This document shows, piece after piece, positions 54,491-64,000 of a stretch of DNA of 64,000 bases. Position 1 is the stretch's first letter; every line of letters starts with the position of its first letter. This DNA comes from Deltaproteobacteria bacterium (GTDB lineage: Bacteria > Myxococcota_A > UBA9160 > SMWR01): contig JAQBHB010000047.1 in NCBI GenBank assembly GCA_032128115.1, positions 128,001 to 192,000 on the forward strand, read 5' to 3'. Both the position numbers and the translations under genes were made by a program. The notes below the pieces were generated by a model. The model had not been told where the DNA came from. It was given only the letters and a program-made list of their open reading frames with translations, and made no database searches.

Positions 54491-55099
54491 ATGATCCGAC
54501 TCTATACGGCAGCAACGCCCAACGGTCGCAAGGCTTCGATCGCCCTCGAGGAGATCGGGGTTCCCTACGAAGTGACCCGGGTGGACATCAACGCCGACGA
54601 TCACCCCACCGACGACTTTCTGGCGCTGACGCCCAACCACAAGATCCCGGTGCTCGACGACGACGGCCTGGTGATCTGGGAGTCGGGCGCCATCCTGCTC
54701 TACCTGGCGGAAAAGCACGGCAAGCTGCTGCCCGCGGATCCCGCGCGGCGGATCGAGGCCATCCAGCACTGCTTCTTCCAGACCGGAGGCCTGGGTCCCA
54801 ACCTGGGTCGTCTGGCCGCCCAGCTGCGACGGCCGGCCGACGAGCGGAACGCTGAAATGGTCGACATCTTCAGCCAGGAGGTGGAGCGGCTGCTGGGCGC
54901 CCTGGGCCGCACCCTGGCCGACGGCCGACCCTTCCTGGCCGGGGACTACTCGATCGGCGACATCATGAACTACGGCTGGCTTGCCCCGGTCTACGGCCTG
55001 AAAGCGCCCATGCTGATGGCCCTGCCGCGGGTCGTCTCCTGGGTCGAGCGCATCGCTGAGCGCCCGGCAGTGCAGCGTGGCATGGCGGTTCCCGTCTAG
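54491..55099 (+). CDS. Glutathione S-transferase (YfcG/YghU-like)
   Basis: TPNGRK..IALEE, PNHKIP, WESGAILLYLAEK, YSIGDI, RPAVQRG. Confidence 0.92.
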   Translation: MIRLYTAATPNGRKASIALEEIGVPYEVTRVDINADDHPTDDFLALTPNHKIPVLDDDGLVIWESGAILLYLAEKHGKLLPADPARRIEAIQHCFFQTGGLGPNLGRLAAQLRRPADERNAEMVDIFSQEVERLLGALGRTLADGRPFLAGDYSIGDIMNYGWLAPVYGLKAPMLMALPRVVSWVERIAERPAVQRGMAVPV

Positions 55100-55240
55100 C
55101 CTGCTGACCTGCGCTCGGCTGTGCTTCCCTACACGCGGGCCTGGGTCCCGCTTGCGTTTCCCCTTGAGGCTCAGTCGAGCGTAGCCGATGGGCTATATTG
55201 GAAACCCGGCGTCTCGAGCCCTATCGGTGGGCGCTCCCAC

Positions 55241-55283
55241 CGACCCACGGACTCATGGACTCACGGACCCACGGAGTATGGAC
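55241..55283 (+). repeat. 8-bp tandem repeat / ANGGA array in the sucA leader
   Basis: CGACCCAC GGACTCAT GGACTCAC GGACCCAC GGAGTAT GGAC. Confidence 0.8.
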
Positions 55284-58139
55284 AGCGAAGAGGCAGGCAT
55301 GAACCGCGAGGGGAAACCAGCGCCCTCCGCCATTTCCCTCGAGCCGGACGCCTCGGCGGACACCGTCTCTACGGAGCTTGCGGGCTTCGGCGTCAACGCG
55401 GCGCTCGCGGACGAGATCCGCCAGCGCTACGAGGCCGATCCGTCCTCCGTGCACAGCAGCTGGGCCGAGCTGTTTGGAACTCCCGCCACGGCAGCGCCCT
55501 CGGGCGTCTCCCGGATTGCGGCCGACGCACCCCCCAAGGTCGATTTTTCGCTTCAGGCGGCCGATCGCCACGCCCGGGTCCTGCGCTTGATCCATGCCTT
55601 CCGCGCCCGGGGCCACCGGATCGCCGACACCGATCCCCTGGGTGGCCGAAGCGTCTACTTCCCAGAGCTCGATCCCGCCCACTACGGTCTGGGCGACGAG
55701 GATCTGGATCGTTCCTACGCCTCGGGGGATCTGCCGGGCGAGCCCATCCAGACCCTGCGCCAGATCCTGGAGCTGCTGCGCGCCACCTATTGCGGGAAGA
55801 TCGGCGTCGAATTCACCCACGTTCAGGATCCCGGCCGCAAGCTGTGGCTCCAGCAGCAGTTGGAACGGTCGCGCAACCAGCCGATGCTCGATCCGTCCGA
55901 GCGCCTGGCCATCCTCGAGAAGCTCTCCGCCGCCGAGCTCTTCGAGCGCTTTCTCCACACCAAGTTTCTGGGGCAGAAGCGCTTCTCCCTGGAGGGCGCG
56001 GAGTCGTTGATCCCGCTGCTCGAGGTCTGGGTGCAGAGCGCGCCGTCCCACGGCGTGGTAGAGCTGGTGATCGGGATGGCTCACCGGGGCCGCCTGAATG
56101 TGCTCTCCAACATCCTGAACAAATCGCTCGGGTCGCTCTTCTCCGAGTTCGAAGACAACCCGCTGATCAACAGTCCCTTCGGCTCGGGCGACGTGAAATA
56201 CCACAAGGGCTACTCCAACGATCGCCGCGTTGCGGGCGGTGCCAATGTTCACCTGTCCCTGACCGCCAATCCCTCCCATCTGGAGGCCGTCAACCCCGTG
56301 GTGGAGGGGCGCGTTCGCGCCAAGCAGACGCGCGCCGGCGATCTGCACGGGCGCGCCATCGTGCCGGTCCTGATCCACGGGGATGCCGCATTCGCGGGAC
56401 AGGGAATCGTGGGCGAAACCCTGAACCTGTCGAACCTGACTGGCTACTCCACGGGCGGCACCCTGCACGTGGTGGTGAACAACCAGATCGGGTTCACCAC
56501 GACGCCGGCGGAGGCCCGTTCGACCCTGTACGCCACCGACGTGGCCAAGATGATCCAGGTGCCGATCTTCCACGTGAACGGCGACGATCCGGAGGCGGTC
56601 GTCCACTGCGCCAAGCTCGCCCTGAACTACCGCCAGCGCTTTGGCGAGGACGTGGTCATCGACATGCTCTGCTACCGACGGCAGGGCCACAACGAGGGCG
56701 ACGAGCCGAGCTTCACCCAGCCCCTGCTGTACGAGAAGATCCGCGCCCGGCCGCCGGTGCGGAAGATCTACACCGACAGTCTCCGCGACCGGGGCATCCT
56801 GCAGGATGGCGATGTGGAGCGAATCGAGAGAGATCTGACGTCCCAGCTGCGCCGGGCCCTCAGTGGAATCGAGACACGTCCGCCGAGTCCCGATGAGCCG
56901 TACGAGCCGCGCGGCCCATGGGCCGGATACGAGCGCCTCGCGCCGGAGGAGGAGCCGGAAACCGCGGTGTCCATCGAGCAGCTGGCGCAACTTTCCGAGC
57001 GCATCGCGAGCCTGCCCGCGGGCTTTCCGGCGCACCCGAAGCTCAGGTCGCTGCTGGAGAAACGCCAGAAGGTCGTGGCGGAGAACAACCCGGTCGACTG
57101 GGGCATGGCCGAGGCCCTGGCCTTTGCGACCCTGCTGGTCGAGGGCTTCTCGGTGCGACTGTCGGGTCAGGACAGCGTTCGCGGGACCTTCAGTCACCGC
57201 CACGCGGCCATCGTCGATCAGGAGACCGGTGAGGAGTACGTGCCCCTGGCCCACCTGACTCCCAACCAGGCGCGATTCGAAGCCTATGACAGCCTGCTGT
57301 CGGAAGCTGCAGTGCTTGGCTTCGAGTACGGCTACAGCCTGGCCGAGCCCTCCACGCTCACCGTCTGGGAAGCCCAGTTCGGCGACTTCGCGAACGGCGC
57401 CCAGGTGATCATCGACCAGTTCATCACGTCCGCCCACGACAAGTGGCAGCGGATGAGTGGTCTCGTGATGCTGCTGCCCCACGGTTACGAGGGCCAGGGG
57501 CCCGAGCACTCGAGCGCCCGCATCGAGCGGTTCCTGCAGTCCTGCGCCGATGACAACCTCCAGGTCGTCAACTGCACCACGCCAGCCCAGTACTTCCACG
57601 TGCTGCGGCGACAGATGAAGCGGAGCTACCGGGCGCCGTTGGTGATCTTCGCGCCGAAAAGCCTGCTGCGACTTCCGCGCGCGGCGTCGTTGCCCGAAGA
57701 CTTCGCCCGCGGTCGCTTCCTGGCGGTGATCGAGGACGAGCGCGCTGCCGCCGCACCGGACCGGGTGCGACGGGTGGTCCTGTGCAGCGGCAAGCTCTAC
57801 TACGACCTGCTTGCCGAGCGCGAGAAGCGCGGGTCCGGGTTCGAGGAACAGGTGGCATTGATTCGTGTGGAGCAGCTGTATCCCTGGCCGGATCGGGAGA
57901 TTTCCCGCTTGGTGCGCGCATTTCCCGAGGCCGAGTGCGTTACGTGGGCCCAGGAAGAGCCGGCGAACATGGGCGCCTGGACGTTCGTTCGCGAACGCCT
58001 GCAAGATCTCCTTGGGCCCGCCCAGAAGGTGGCCTACGCGGGACGCCGTGCCAGCGCCAGTCCCGCGGTCGGATCCATGGGCATTCACAAGCAGGAGCAG
58101 GCTGCGCTCATCGATACTGCATTCGCCGGGCTTTCCTGA
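55278..58139 (+). CDS. sucA: 2-oxoglutarate dehydrogenase E1 component; start 55278 or 55299
   Basis: GQKRFSLEG, GMAHRGRLN, GDVKYH, NPSHLE, HGDAAFAGQG, GHNEGDEP, WEAQFGDFANGAQ, PHGYEGQGPEHSS. Confidence 0.97.
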   Translation: MDSEEAGMNREGKPAPSAISLEPDASADTVSTELAGFGVNAALADEIRQRYEADPSSVHSSWAELFGTPATAAPSGVSRIAADAPPKVDFSLQAADRHARVLRLIHAFRARGHRIADTDPLGGRSVYFPELDPAHYGLGDEDLDRSYASGDLPGEPIQTLRQILELLRATYCGKIGVEFTHVQDPGRKLWLQQQLERSRNQPMLDPSERLAILEKLSAAELFERFLHTKFLGQKRFSLEGAESLIPLLEVWVQSAPSHGVVELVIGMAHRGRLNVLSNILNKSLGSLFSEFEDNPLINSPFGSGDVKYHKGYSNDRRVAGGANVHLSLTANPSHLEAVNPVVEGRVRAKQTRAGDLHGRAIVPVLIHGDAAFAGQGIVGETLNLSNLTGYSTGGTLHVVVNNQIGFTTTPAEARSTLYATDVAKMIQVPIFHVNGDDPEAVVHCAKLALNYRQRFGEDVVIDMLCYRRQGHNEGDEPSFTQPLLYEKIRARPPVRKIYTDSLRDRGILQDGDVERIERDLTSQLRRALSGIETRPPSPDEPYEPRGPWAGYERLAPEEEPETAVSIEQLAQLSERIASLPAGFPAHPKLRSLLEKRQKVVAENNPVDWGMAEALAFATLLVEGFSVRLSGQDSVRGTFSHRHAAIVDQETGEEYVPLAHLTPNQARFEAYDSLLSEAAVLGFEYGYSLAEPSTLTVWEAQFGDFANGAQVIIDQFITSAHDKWQRMSGLVMLLPHGYEGQGPEHSSARIERFLQSCADDNLQVVNCTTPAQYFHVLRRQMKRSYRAPLVIFAPKSLLRLPRAASLPEDFARGRFLAVIEDERAAAAPDRVRRVVLCSGKLYYDLLAEREKRGSGFEEQVALIRVEQLYPWPDREISRLVRAFPEAECVTWAQEEPANMGAWTFVRERLQDLLGPAQKVAYAGRRASASPAVGSMGIHKQEQAALIDTAFAGLS

Positions 58140-58167
58140 TCGCGGCCGCCGGAGACTCCTCGTCACG

Positions 58168-59772
58168 CTGAACCGACCCCCCCTCGTCCGTGCGCTCGCC
58201 GTCGCGCTGGCCGCGTGTGCCCTGCTGGCGTCGTGCAGCGGGCGCACTCCGGCGCCGATTCCCGCGCCGGTTCCCCCGACGCCAATCGCGCCGGCCGAGG
58301 CGACCCGGACTGAGGACCCCTCGTCGGAACTGGTGCGACTCGGAGACGAGGCCCTGCGGCGCGGCGAGTGGGATCTGGCGCGCCAGCGATTCGAGCGCGC
58401 TTTCCGGGCCGCCCCGGGTTCGCCAGAGGGTCCGGCGGGACTCGCGCGCGTGGCGCTGGCCCGCGATAACCCCGTCGAAGCGCGCCGGTATCTCCAGGTG
58501 GCGTTGGAACGCGATCCGGCGCATACGGATGCGCTGGTGGACCTCGCCCGGCTCGAAGCGGAAGAGGGCAGCCGGGAGGCCGCCATCGCCCTGTTGCAGC
58601 GGGCCATCCAGGCAGAACCCGGCCGGCCGGATGCCCACGAGATGCTCTTCGACCTCACAGGACTCGCGCCGCGAAGCGCCGCGCCTACGGGCGAACGCGC
58701 TGTGACACTGGCGGACGCACATCCCTACGACCCCCGGGCCCTGTACTGGGCTGCGCAAGCCCGCCTCCAGATGGGCCAACCCGCCATCGCCCGGGAACTC
58801 CTGGAACGCGCCATCTGGTTGGCCGATTTGGACGAGGAATCGGCGGGGAAAGCCCTGGCGCGGATCGGCGCCCTGGACCCGAGTTGGAAAGAGCGCCTGG
58901 TGGTGCCCGTCCACGTATTTGCCGACGAAAGTGTGCGGGCCCACCCGGGGTGGCGCTTTCGAATGCGCATCCTCTGGGTGGCCATGTCCCACTCGCTGGA
59001 CTGGATTCTGGGGGTCCGTTTCATCCCCGTCTCGATCCAGGCCTTCTCCTCGGGGCAAGGCCCGGGGAACCTGGATCGGATCGATGCGAAGTTCGAGCGC
59101 CAGATCGCCGGCGATCGGCGCAAGGGAATCTTCGCGGCATTCACCGAGCGGCCGAAGCCCTCCCGTCGTGTCTGGAAGATGGGACTGGCCCGGTTCCTGG
59201 GGCGCCAGTTGACCGTTCGCCTGGAGCCCGGCGAGGTTCAGAGCCGTCCGCTGGCCCACGAGCTCCTGCATCTCTACGGCGGCATCCACGTGGTGGAGGA
59301 TGTGGATTCCCTCATGAACCCAAGTGGGGAGTCCATGAATCTCGACCGGGGCAGCCTGGGGATCGTGCAGGCCATGCGAACGCGCAGGTTCGACACGAGC
59401 AACATCGAATTGGACGTACTGAGCCGGATCGATGTGCCCAAGGCCATCGACGCCTACGAGGCGGCCCTGCTGGTGAACCTGGCCTACCGACGACTGGGGC
59501 TCCAGGAGGCGCGAACCGCTGCCAGGAATTCGCGAGCTTCCGGCGCCCGGAAGCTGCGCCAGACCCAGGAGCTGGATCCGCACATGGCCGACGTGTTGAT
59601 CGCCGTCTCCGCGTTGCTACGCAGGGACGGACGGCCCGCCGAGTCCCTGCCCTTGATGGAGGCGGCCGCGGAACTCTACGGCGCCGGCACCCCGCGCCAG
59701 CGCGAGGTCCGCCGCGAGGCGCGTCAGCTTCGGGAACACCTGATGCGAGCGTACGGCGTGGGTGGGGATTGA
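58168..59772 (+). CDS. TPR-containing lipoprotein with a metzincin-type zinc peptidase domain; start uncertain (CTG)
   Basis: Lipobox LASC, Pro-rich linker, TPR helices, HELLHLYGGIH followed by a DSLM Met-turn. Confidence 0.72.
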   Translation: MNRPPLVRALAVALAACALLASCSGRTPAPIPAPVPPTPIAPAEATRTEDPSSELVRLGDEALRRGEWDLARQRFERAFRAAPGSPEGPAGLARVALARDNPVEARRYLQVALERDPAHTDALVDLARLEAEEGSREAAIALLQRAIQAEPGRPDAHEMLFDLTGLAPRSAAPTGERAVTLADAHPYDPRALYWAAQARLQMGQPAIARELLERAIWLADLDEESAGKALARIGALDPSWKERLVVPVHVFADESVRAHPGWRFRMRILWVAMSHSLDWILGVRFIPVSIQAFSSGQGPGNLDRIDAKFERQIAGDRRKGIFAAFTERPKPSRRVWKMGLARFLGRQLTVRLEPGEVQSRPLAHELLHLYGGIHVVEDVDSLMNPSGESMNLDRGSLGIVQAMRTRRFDTSNIELDVLSRIDVPKAIDAYEAALLVNLAYRRLGLQEARTAARNSRASGARKLRQTQELDPHMADVLIAVSALLRRDGRPAESLPLMEAAAELYGAGTPRQREVRREARQLREHLMRAYGVGGD

Positions 59773-59784
59773 CGCTGCGGGCGA

Positions 59785-61089
59785 TCAGTCGCCCGCGTTC
59801 TCCCAGCCATCTGCCAGCAGCGAAGCCACGATCTCGCGGGACCGATGTCCCCAGATGGGATGGGGCTCGAGGGCCCGCTCGTCCGCCAGCTGATTCGCGG
59901 CGACCACGGGGTTCTCGGCCGACGCGAGCACCCGCTTGACCGTAGCGTGAATGCCTCCGTTCCATTCGGGATCCAGGTGGCGTCGCACCCGGGGATCGTC
60001 GCCCACGTAGCCATACTGTTCGTTGGCGCACTGCACGATCCCCATGCGGTTGGCCACGAAGTCGGGAACGTAGGTGATGTTGCGATCGGCCAGCGCCCGC
60101 GCGTCACGCTCTTCGTCCACCAGCTGGTTGTTGGCCGCGCCGCAGACGATGGCAGCGCGAATACCCGGGATGGTCTTGGGTCCCAGCACTCCGCCCAACG
60201 CATTGGGCGCCAGGATGTCGCAGGGCTCGGCCAGGATGCTGTCATCGCCGGGTCGTGCGTCGCGCACTTCGACCGGCCGATCTTCGAAGCTGTTCTTCAG
60301 GGCACTGCGCTGATCCGGACAGATCTCGCTCACCGCGACGCGCGCCACATCCCGTTCGAGGAGTAGAGCAATCATGGACGAGCCCACGTTGCCGGCGCCC
60401 TGCATCGCGATCGTCGCGCCGGCCAGGGTCCCCCGTCCGGTGGCCTCCAATGCCGCCTCCATGGCGCAGACGACGCCCGCTGCGGTGGCGGGCGACGGAT
60501 TCCCGGCGCCGCCCACTTCGCGGGGAATGCTTGTCGCGAATCGCGTGGTTCGAAACACCTGGGCCATGTCCCACGGTGCGGTTCCCGCGTCTTCGGCGGT
60601 CACGTAGCAGCCGCGAAGCGAACTCACGAAGGCGCCGTATTCCCGGTACAGCACGGCCCGATGGTCCGGGTCGCGGAAGGCCTCGCCGGGCTCGCGGGCG
60701 ATCAAGCCCTTGCCGCCTCCCCACCACAGTCCGGCTAGGGCGCACTTGCGTGTCATCGCCTGCGACAGGCGCAGGCCGTCGCGGATCAGGTCGCCCATGC
60801 ACTCGTAGGGCCAGTGGCGCAGTCCTCCCTGGGCCTGTCCGCGCACGCTCTGGTGGACGAACGCGCTCATCAACGCGCCGCTCTCGCGCCCGACCTGGAA
60901 GAACACGGCCTCGTGTGCGGCGCATGCGGGCGTGCCCACAGCCAGGAACCCGGCGAGCTCCTCGAGGATCGGGTGGGAGGCCCGGTAGCGGCCCCCACCG
61001 GGCTCGAATACCAGGTAACCGCGGCCGCACCCCTGCGCTCGAAGGGTCGTCGCGAACTGCACCGGACTCTGCTCCACCAGCCGTCGCAT
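59785..61089 (-). CDS. Glu/Leu/Phe/Val dehydrogenase family
   Basis: GGLR, MTRK.ALAGL.WGGGKG, TAEDAGT, GAGNVG, GAANNQL, PDFVAN. Confidence 0.9.
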   Translation of the reverse strand: MRRLVEQSPVQFATTLRAQGCGRGYLVFEPGGGRYRASHPILEELAGFLAVGTPACAAHEAVFFQVGRESGALMSAFVHQSVRGQAQGGLRHWPYECMGDLIRDGLRLSQAMTRKCALAGLWWGGGKGLIAREPGEAFRDPDHRAVLYREYGAFVSSLRGCYVTAEDAGTAPWDMAQVFRTTRFATSIPREVGGAGNPSPATAAGVVCAMEAALEATGRGTLAGATIAMQGAGNVGSSMIALLLERDVARVAVSEICPDQRSALKNSFEDRPVEVRDARPGDDSILAEPCDILAPNALGGVLGPKTIPGIRAAIVCGAANNQLVDEERDARALADRNITYVPDFVANRMGIVQCANEQYGYVGDDPRVRRHLDPEWNGGIHATVKRVLASAENPVVAANQLADERALEPHPIWGHRSREIVASLLADGWENAGD

Positions 61090-61194
61090 GAGAGACGAAC
61101 TCCTCCGCCGACCCTATCCGTCGGTGAAACCGGCTGCTCGCTGAACCCCGGGGAAGGCGGATTTCCCGTGCGGTGCGGCCGTGTGGGCTGCGGT

Positions 61195-61217
61195 TATAAT
61201 GGCGCGCCAACGATACG
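61195..61217 (+). promoter_or_regulatory. Consensus -10 (TATAAT) followed by an ACGATACG half-site
   Basis: TATAAT at 61195-61200 and ACGATACG at 61210-61217, upstream of the acyl-CoA dehydrogenase pair. Confidence 0.5.
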
Positions 61218-61239
61218 CAATGCCCGCGAGGAGCCCTGC

Positions 61240-62454
61240 ATGGATCTGAGTTACGGCAAGGAATACGAAGAGTTCCGGGAAGAGGTGCATGCCTTCCTGG
61301 CTGAACACTGGCCCCCGCAGGGCGGCGAGGCGGATCTGCCCCGCGAGGAGGGCAAGGCCCGCTTCCGGAAGCGCGCCGTGGCGGCGGGTTATCTGGCGCG
61401 GTCGATTCCCCGCCAGTATGGGGGCTCGGAGCAGCCTCCGGACGAGATCCGGGCATCGATCATCCGTGACGAGTTCTCGAAGGCGCGTGCGCCCGGCGAC
61501 GTGCGCGGAATCGGCACCATGATGCTGGTGCCCACCCTGCTCGAGAAGGGTGAGTCGTGGCAGAAGGATCAGTTCGTGTCACCCACGGTGAACGGTGAGA
61601 TCACCTGGTGCCAGGGCTACAGCGAGCCCGGGTCCGGCAGTGACCTGGCATCGCTCAAGACCCGCGCCGAGCTACAGGGCGACGAGTGGGTGATCAACGG
61701 CCAGAAGATCTGGACCACGAATGCGATCAACGCCGACTACATGTTCTGCCTGGCGCGCACCGAGCCGGAGGCCTCGAAGCACGCGGGCATCTCGTACCTG
61801 TTGGTTCCCATGAAGCAGCCTGGCGTCGAGGTGCAGCCCCTGCGACAGATGACCGGGGGATCCGACTTCAACCAGGTCTTCCTCACCGACGCCCGGACGC
61901 CCAAGAACTGGATCGTGGGAAAGCGCGGCGAGGGATGGCTCGTTTCCCGCGCGACCCTCAAGCACGAGCGCAACTCGATCGGCGCCACGGCGCAATCGAC
62001 GGCGGTGTTGGCGGGTCTGGTGGCGCTGGCGAAATCGTCGAAGCGCGGCGGGCGTTCCGCGATCGAGGATCCGGAGATCCGCCAGCGCCTGGCGGCCCTC
62101 GAAGGCTACGTACGCGCCCACGAGTACTCGGGCTATCGCCAGCTCACCCGAAACTCGCGCGGCCAGGATCCAGGCATCTTGCAGATGATGAACAAGCTCG
62201 TTTCCACCAACATCGGACAGGAGGCTGCGAAGCTCGCCTTCGACCTGATCGACTCGGACGGGCTCCTGGACCCCATCGCCACCCGCCAGATGGGTCAGAT
62301 CCCGGACGCGAGCCGCGGCTGGATCAACCTGTACATGTACTCCCTGGGCATCGCGGTGGCGGGAGGCACGGGCAACATCCAACGCAATGTCATTGGTGAG
62401 CGCGGGCTCGGTCTCCCCCGCGATGCCTACGCGCAGGGGAAGGCAGCAAAGTGA
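61240..62454 (+). CDS. Acyl-CoA dehydrogenase, catalytic subunit of a probable heteromeric pair
   Basis: WCQGYSEPGSGSDLASL, NGQKIWT, TLKHER, GGTGNIQRNVIGERGLGLPR. Confidence 0.9.
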   Translation: MDLSYGKEYEEFREEVHAFLAEHWPPQGGEADLPREEGKARFRKRAVAAGYLARSIPRQYGGSEQPPDEIRASIIRDEFSKARAPGDVRGIGTMMLVPTLLEKGESWQKDQFVSPTVNGEITWCQGYSEPGSGSDLASLKTRAELQGDEWVINGQKIWTTNAINADYMFCLARTEPEASKHAGISYLLVPMKQPGVEVQPLRQMTGGSDFNQVFLTDARTPKNWIVGKRGEGWLVSRATLKHERNSIGATAQSTAVLAGLVALAKSSKRGGRSAIEDPEIRQRLAALEGYVRAHEYSGYRQLTRNSRGQDPGILQMMNKLVSTNIGQEAAKLAFDLIDSDGLLDPIATRQMGQIPDASRGWINLYMYSLGIAVAGGTGNIQRNVIGERGLGLPRDAYAQGKAAK

Positions 62455-63527
62455 ACTTCGATCTCTCGGACGAACAGCGGCTGCTTCAGGAAACCGTCGG
62501 TCAGTTCATGGAAAACGAGTGCCCGGCTCCCGTGCTGCGACAGATCTTCGAGGGCGAGACGGGTTTCGAGCCCACACTCTGGAAGGGCATGGTGGAGCTC
62601 GGCCTCGCGGGACTGCATCTTCCCGACGAGTACGGCGGCGCCGGACTCGAGATGATCGACCTGGCGCTGGTCGCCGAGGCGCTGGGCACCGCCGGGGCAC
62701 CGGGGCCCTTCCTGGGACATTCACTGGCGTCACTGGCCATCCTGCTGGGAGGGAGCGACGAGCAGAAGCGGGCGTGGCTGCCGCGCCTGGCCACCGGCGA
62801 CGCCATCGGAAGCGTCGCGCTGGCGGAAGTGGGCGGCCTCTGGCAGCCCGAAGAGTGGACACTCGCGGCCGGGGACCGGCTTTCGGGGACCAAGCTGCAC
62901 GTTCCCCAGGCGTCCCTGGCCGAGGTGATCGTGGTGGGCGTGGCCGGCGGTGACCTGGTGTTGGTGGAGCGCGCCGGCGACGGCATCGAGGTGCGGCCCA
63001 TCGATGGCGTCGATCGCTCGCGCCGCCTGGACGAACTCGTCTTCCAGGGCGCTTCCTTCGACCCGCTGCCCCACGGTCGTGCAGCGGCGCCGCGGGTTCG
63101 GGATGCGGGACTCGTGCTGCTGGCGGCCGACGCCTTCGCAGCCGGCGATCGCCTGGTGCAGATGTGCGTGGAGTACGCGAAGACGCGCGAGCAGTTCGGG
63201 GTGACCATCGGCCATTTCCAGGCGCTCAAGCACCAGCTGGCCGACCTGGCCGTGGAGAGCGAGCCCTCACGTGCCCTCTACTGGTACGCCGCCCACGCCT
63301 TCGATCACATCCCCGACGAGGCACCCCGGGCGGCGGCCCTGGCCAAGTCGCACATCTGCGAGCGATCCATGCAGATTGCGCGCGCAGCGGTCGAGGCCCA
63401 CGGCGGAATCGGATTCACCTGGGAGTGCGACGTCCAGATCTGGTTCAAGCGCGCCATGTTCGACCGGGCGTTCCTGGGCACACCCACGGTGCACCGGGAG
63501 CGGGTGGCCCAGCTGGCTGGCTGGTAG
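62451..63527 (+). CDS. Acyl-CoA dehydrogenase, short partner subunit
   Basis: GTGA overlap. MNFDLSDEQ, REQFG..IG.FQALKH, HGGIGFTWE.D...WFKRA. Confidence 0.9.
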   Translation: MNFDLSDEQRLLQETVGQFMENECPAPVLRQIFEGETGFEPTLWKGMVELGLAGLHLPDEYGGAGLEMIDLALVAEALGTAGAPGPFLGHSLASLAILLGGSDEQKRAWLPRLATGDAIGSVALAEVGGLWQPEEWTLAAGDRLSGTKLHVPQASLAEVIVVGVAGGDLVLVERAGDGIEVRPIDGVDRSRRLDELVFQGASFDPLPHGRAAAPRVRDAGLVLLAADAFAAGDRLVQMCVEYAKTREQFGVTIGHFQALKHQLADLAVESEPSRALYWYAAHAFDHIPDEAPRAAALAKSHICERSMQIARAAVEAHGGIGFTWECDVQIWFKRAMFDRAFLGTPTVHRERVAQLAGW

Positions 63528-63534
63528 CCCGGGG

Positions 63535-64000
63535 CTAGGAAATCGGGCGGGCGACGCCCCGGAACATGTGGGCCAGCAGGCCCGGGCCCCGGGCGCGAAA
63601 CCGGTCGAGCCGGCTGAGTTCGAATCCCGCGTCCTGGATCAGGCGGTCGATGGACCGGTTCATGTGGCAGCCGTCGGCGATGCGCGTCCAGACCGGGTCG
63701 ACGCGGTCCTGCCAGCGCGCCGCCCTCGGGGACGGAGCGCGGCCGTGCTCGATGAACAGGTAGCGACCGTCCGGCTTCAAGACGCGTCGCATTTCCGCCA
63801 GCGCCCGGCCGGCATCGGGAATCGAGCACAGGGTCCAGCTGGTCACGACGCAGTCGAAGCGGCCGCTGTCGAAGGGAATCTCGCCATCGGCCCGGAGTTC
63901 CACGCGACTCACCGGAAACACGGCGCGTTCCACGCGCTCGTCCAGTGCGGGCAGGCCTTCGACACCGTTGGGATCGAGACCCGTCACGGTCTTCACCGCT
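63535..64000 (-). CDS. Class I SAM-dependent methyltransferase, partial (N-terminus outside the window)
   Basis: IPFDSGRFDCVVTSWTLCSIPD..RAL.E.RRVLKP.G..LFIEHG, GCHMNR. Confidence 0.88.
   Translation of the reverse strand, partial: AVKTVTGLDPNGVEGLPALDERVERAVFPVSRVELRADGEIPFDSGRFDCVVTSWTLCSIPDAGRALAEMRRVLKPDGRYLFIEHGRAPSPRAARWQDRVDPVWTRIADGCHMNRSIDRLIQDAGFELSRLDRFRARGPGLLAHMFRGVARPIS

Noticed and set aside
55221..58658. 1145-aa antisense ORF opposite sucA, and many similar long antisense or off-frame ORFs
   Set aside because: These are expected from high-GC codon bias, and they show no recognisable motifs.

Overview
High-GC (roughly 68-70% by eye) bacterial chromosomal segment with about 65 densely packed genes. 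I found no rRNA, tRNA, CRISPR array, transposase or prophage. The content is dominated by lipid and steroid catabolism: a divergent fadE30/ipdE1-fadD3 pair, a KstD-like flavoprotein with an SRPBCC partner, a heteromeric acyl-CoA dehydrogenase pair, CoA ligases, an enoyl-CoA hydratase, a thiolase, a fused CaiB/BaiF CoA transferase, WS/DGAT, YhhN and LMF. It also carries LLM oxidoreductases (two of the F420 type), glutathione enzymes (3 GST, 2 GFA, a DsbA/GST-kappa), detoxification and metal genes (zntB, crcB-DUF190, DUF411, an ArsM-like methyltransferase), and an orphan sucA. The mix of actinobacterial-style sterol/F420 genes with glutathione enzymes and an RRM protein suggests a Gram-negative lineage such as Myxococcota or another deltaproteobacterium; this is inference only. 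Best candidates for new biology: (1) a secreted methanethiol-oxidase (MtoX/SBP56) homolog in which one proposed TTQ tryptophan is His, coupled to SCO but with no mauG; (2) a lipoprotein with a PHM/DBH-type CuM site and an altered CuH site, next to a sulfotransferase; (3) three tandem exported split-barrel (FDOR/DUF2255-like) paralogs; (4) a shared ACGATAC-N5-GTWT operator-like motif suggesting a non-KstR2 TetR steroid regulon; (5) an ANGGA repeat array in the sucA leader and a structured RRM leader. Several reading-frame lesions may be real or may be assembly errors. All family assignments come from motif recognition from memory, not from database searches.
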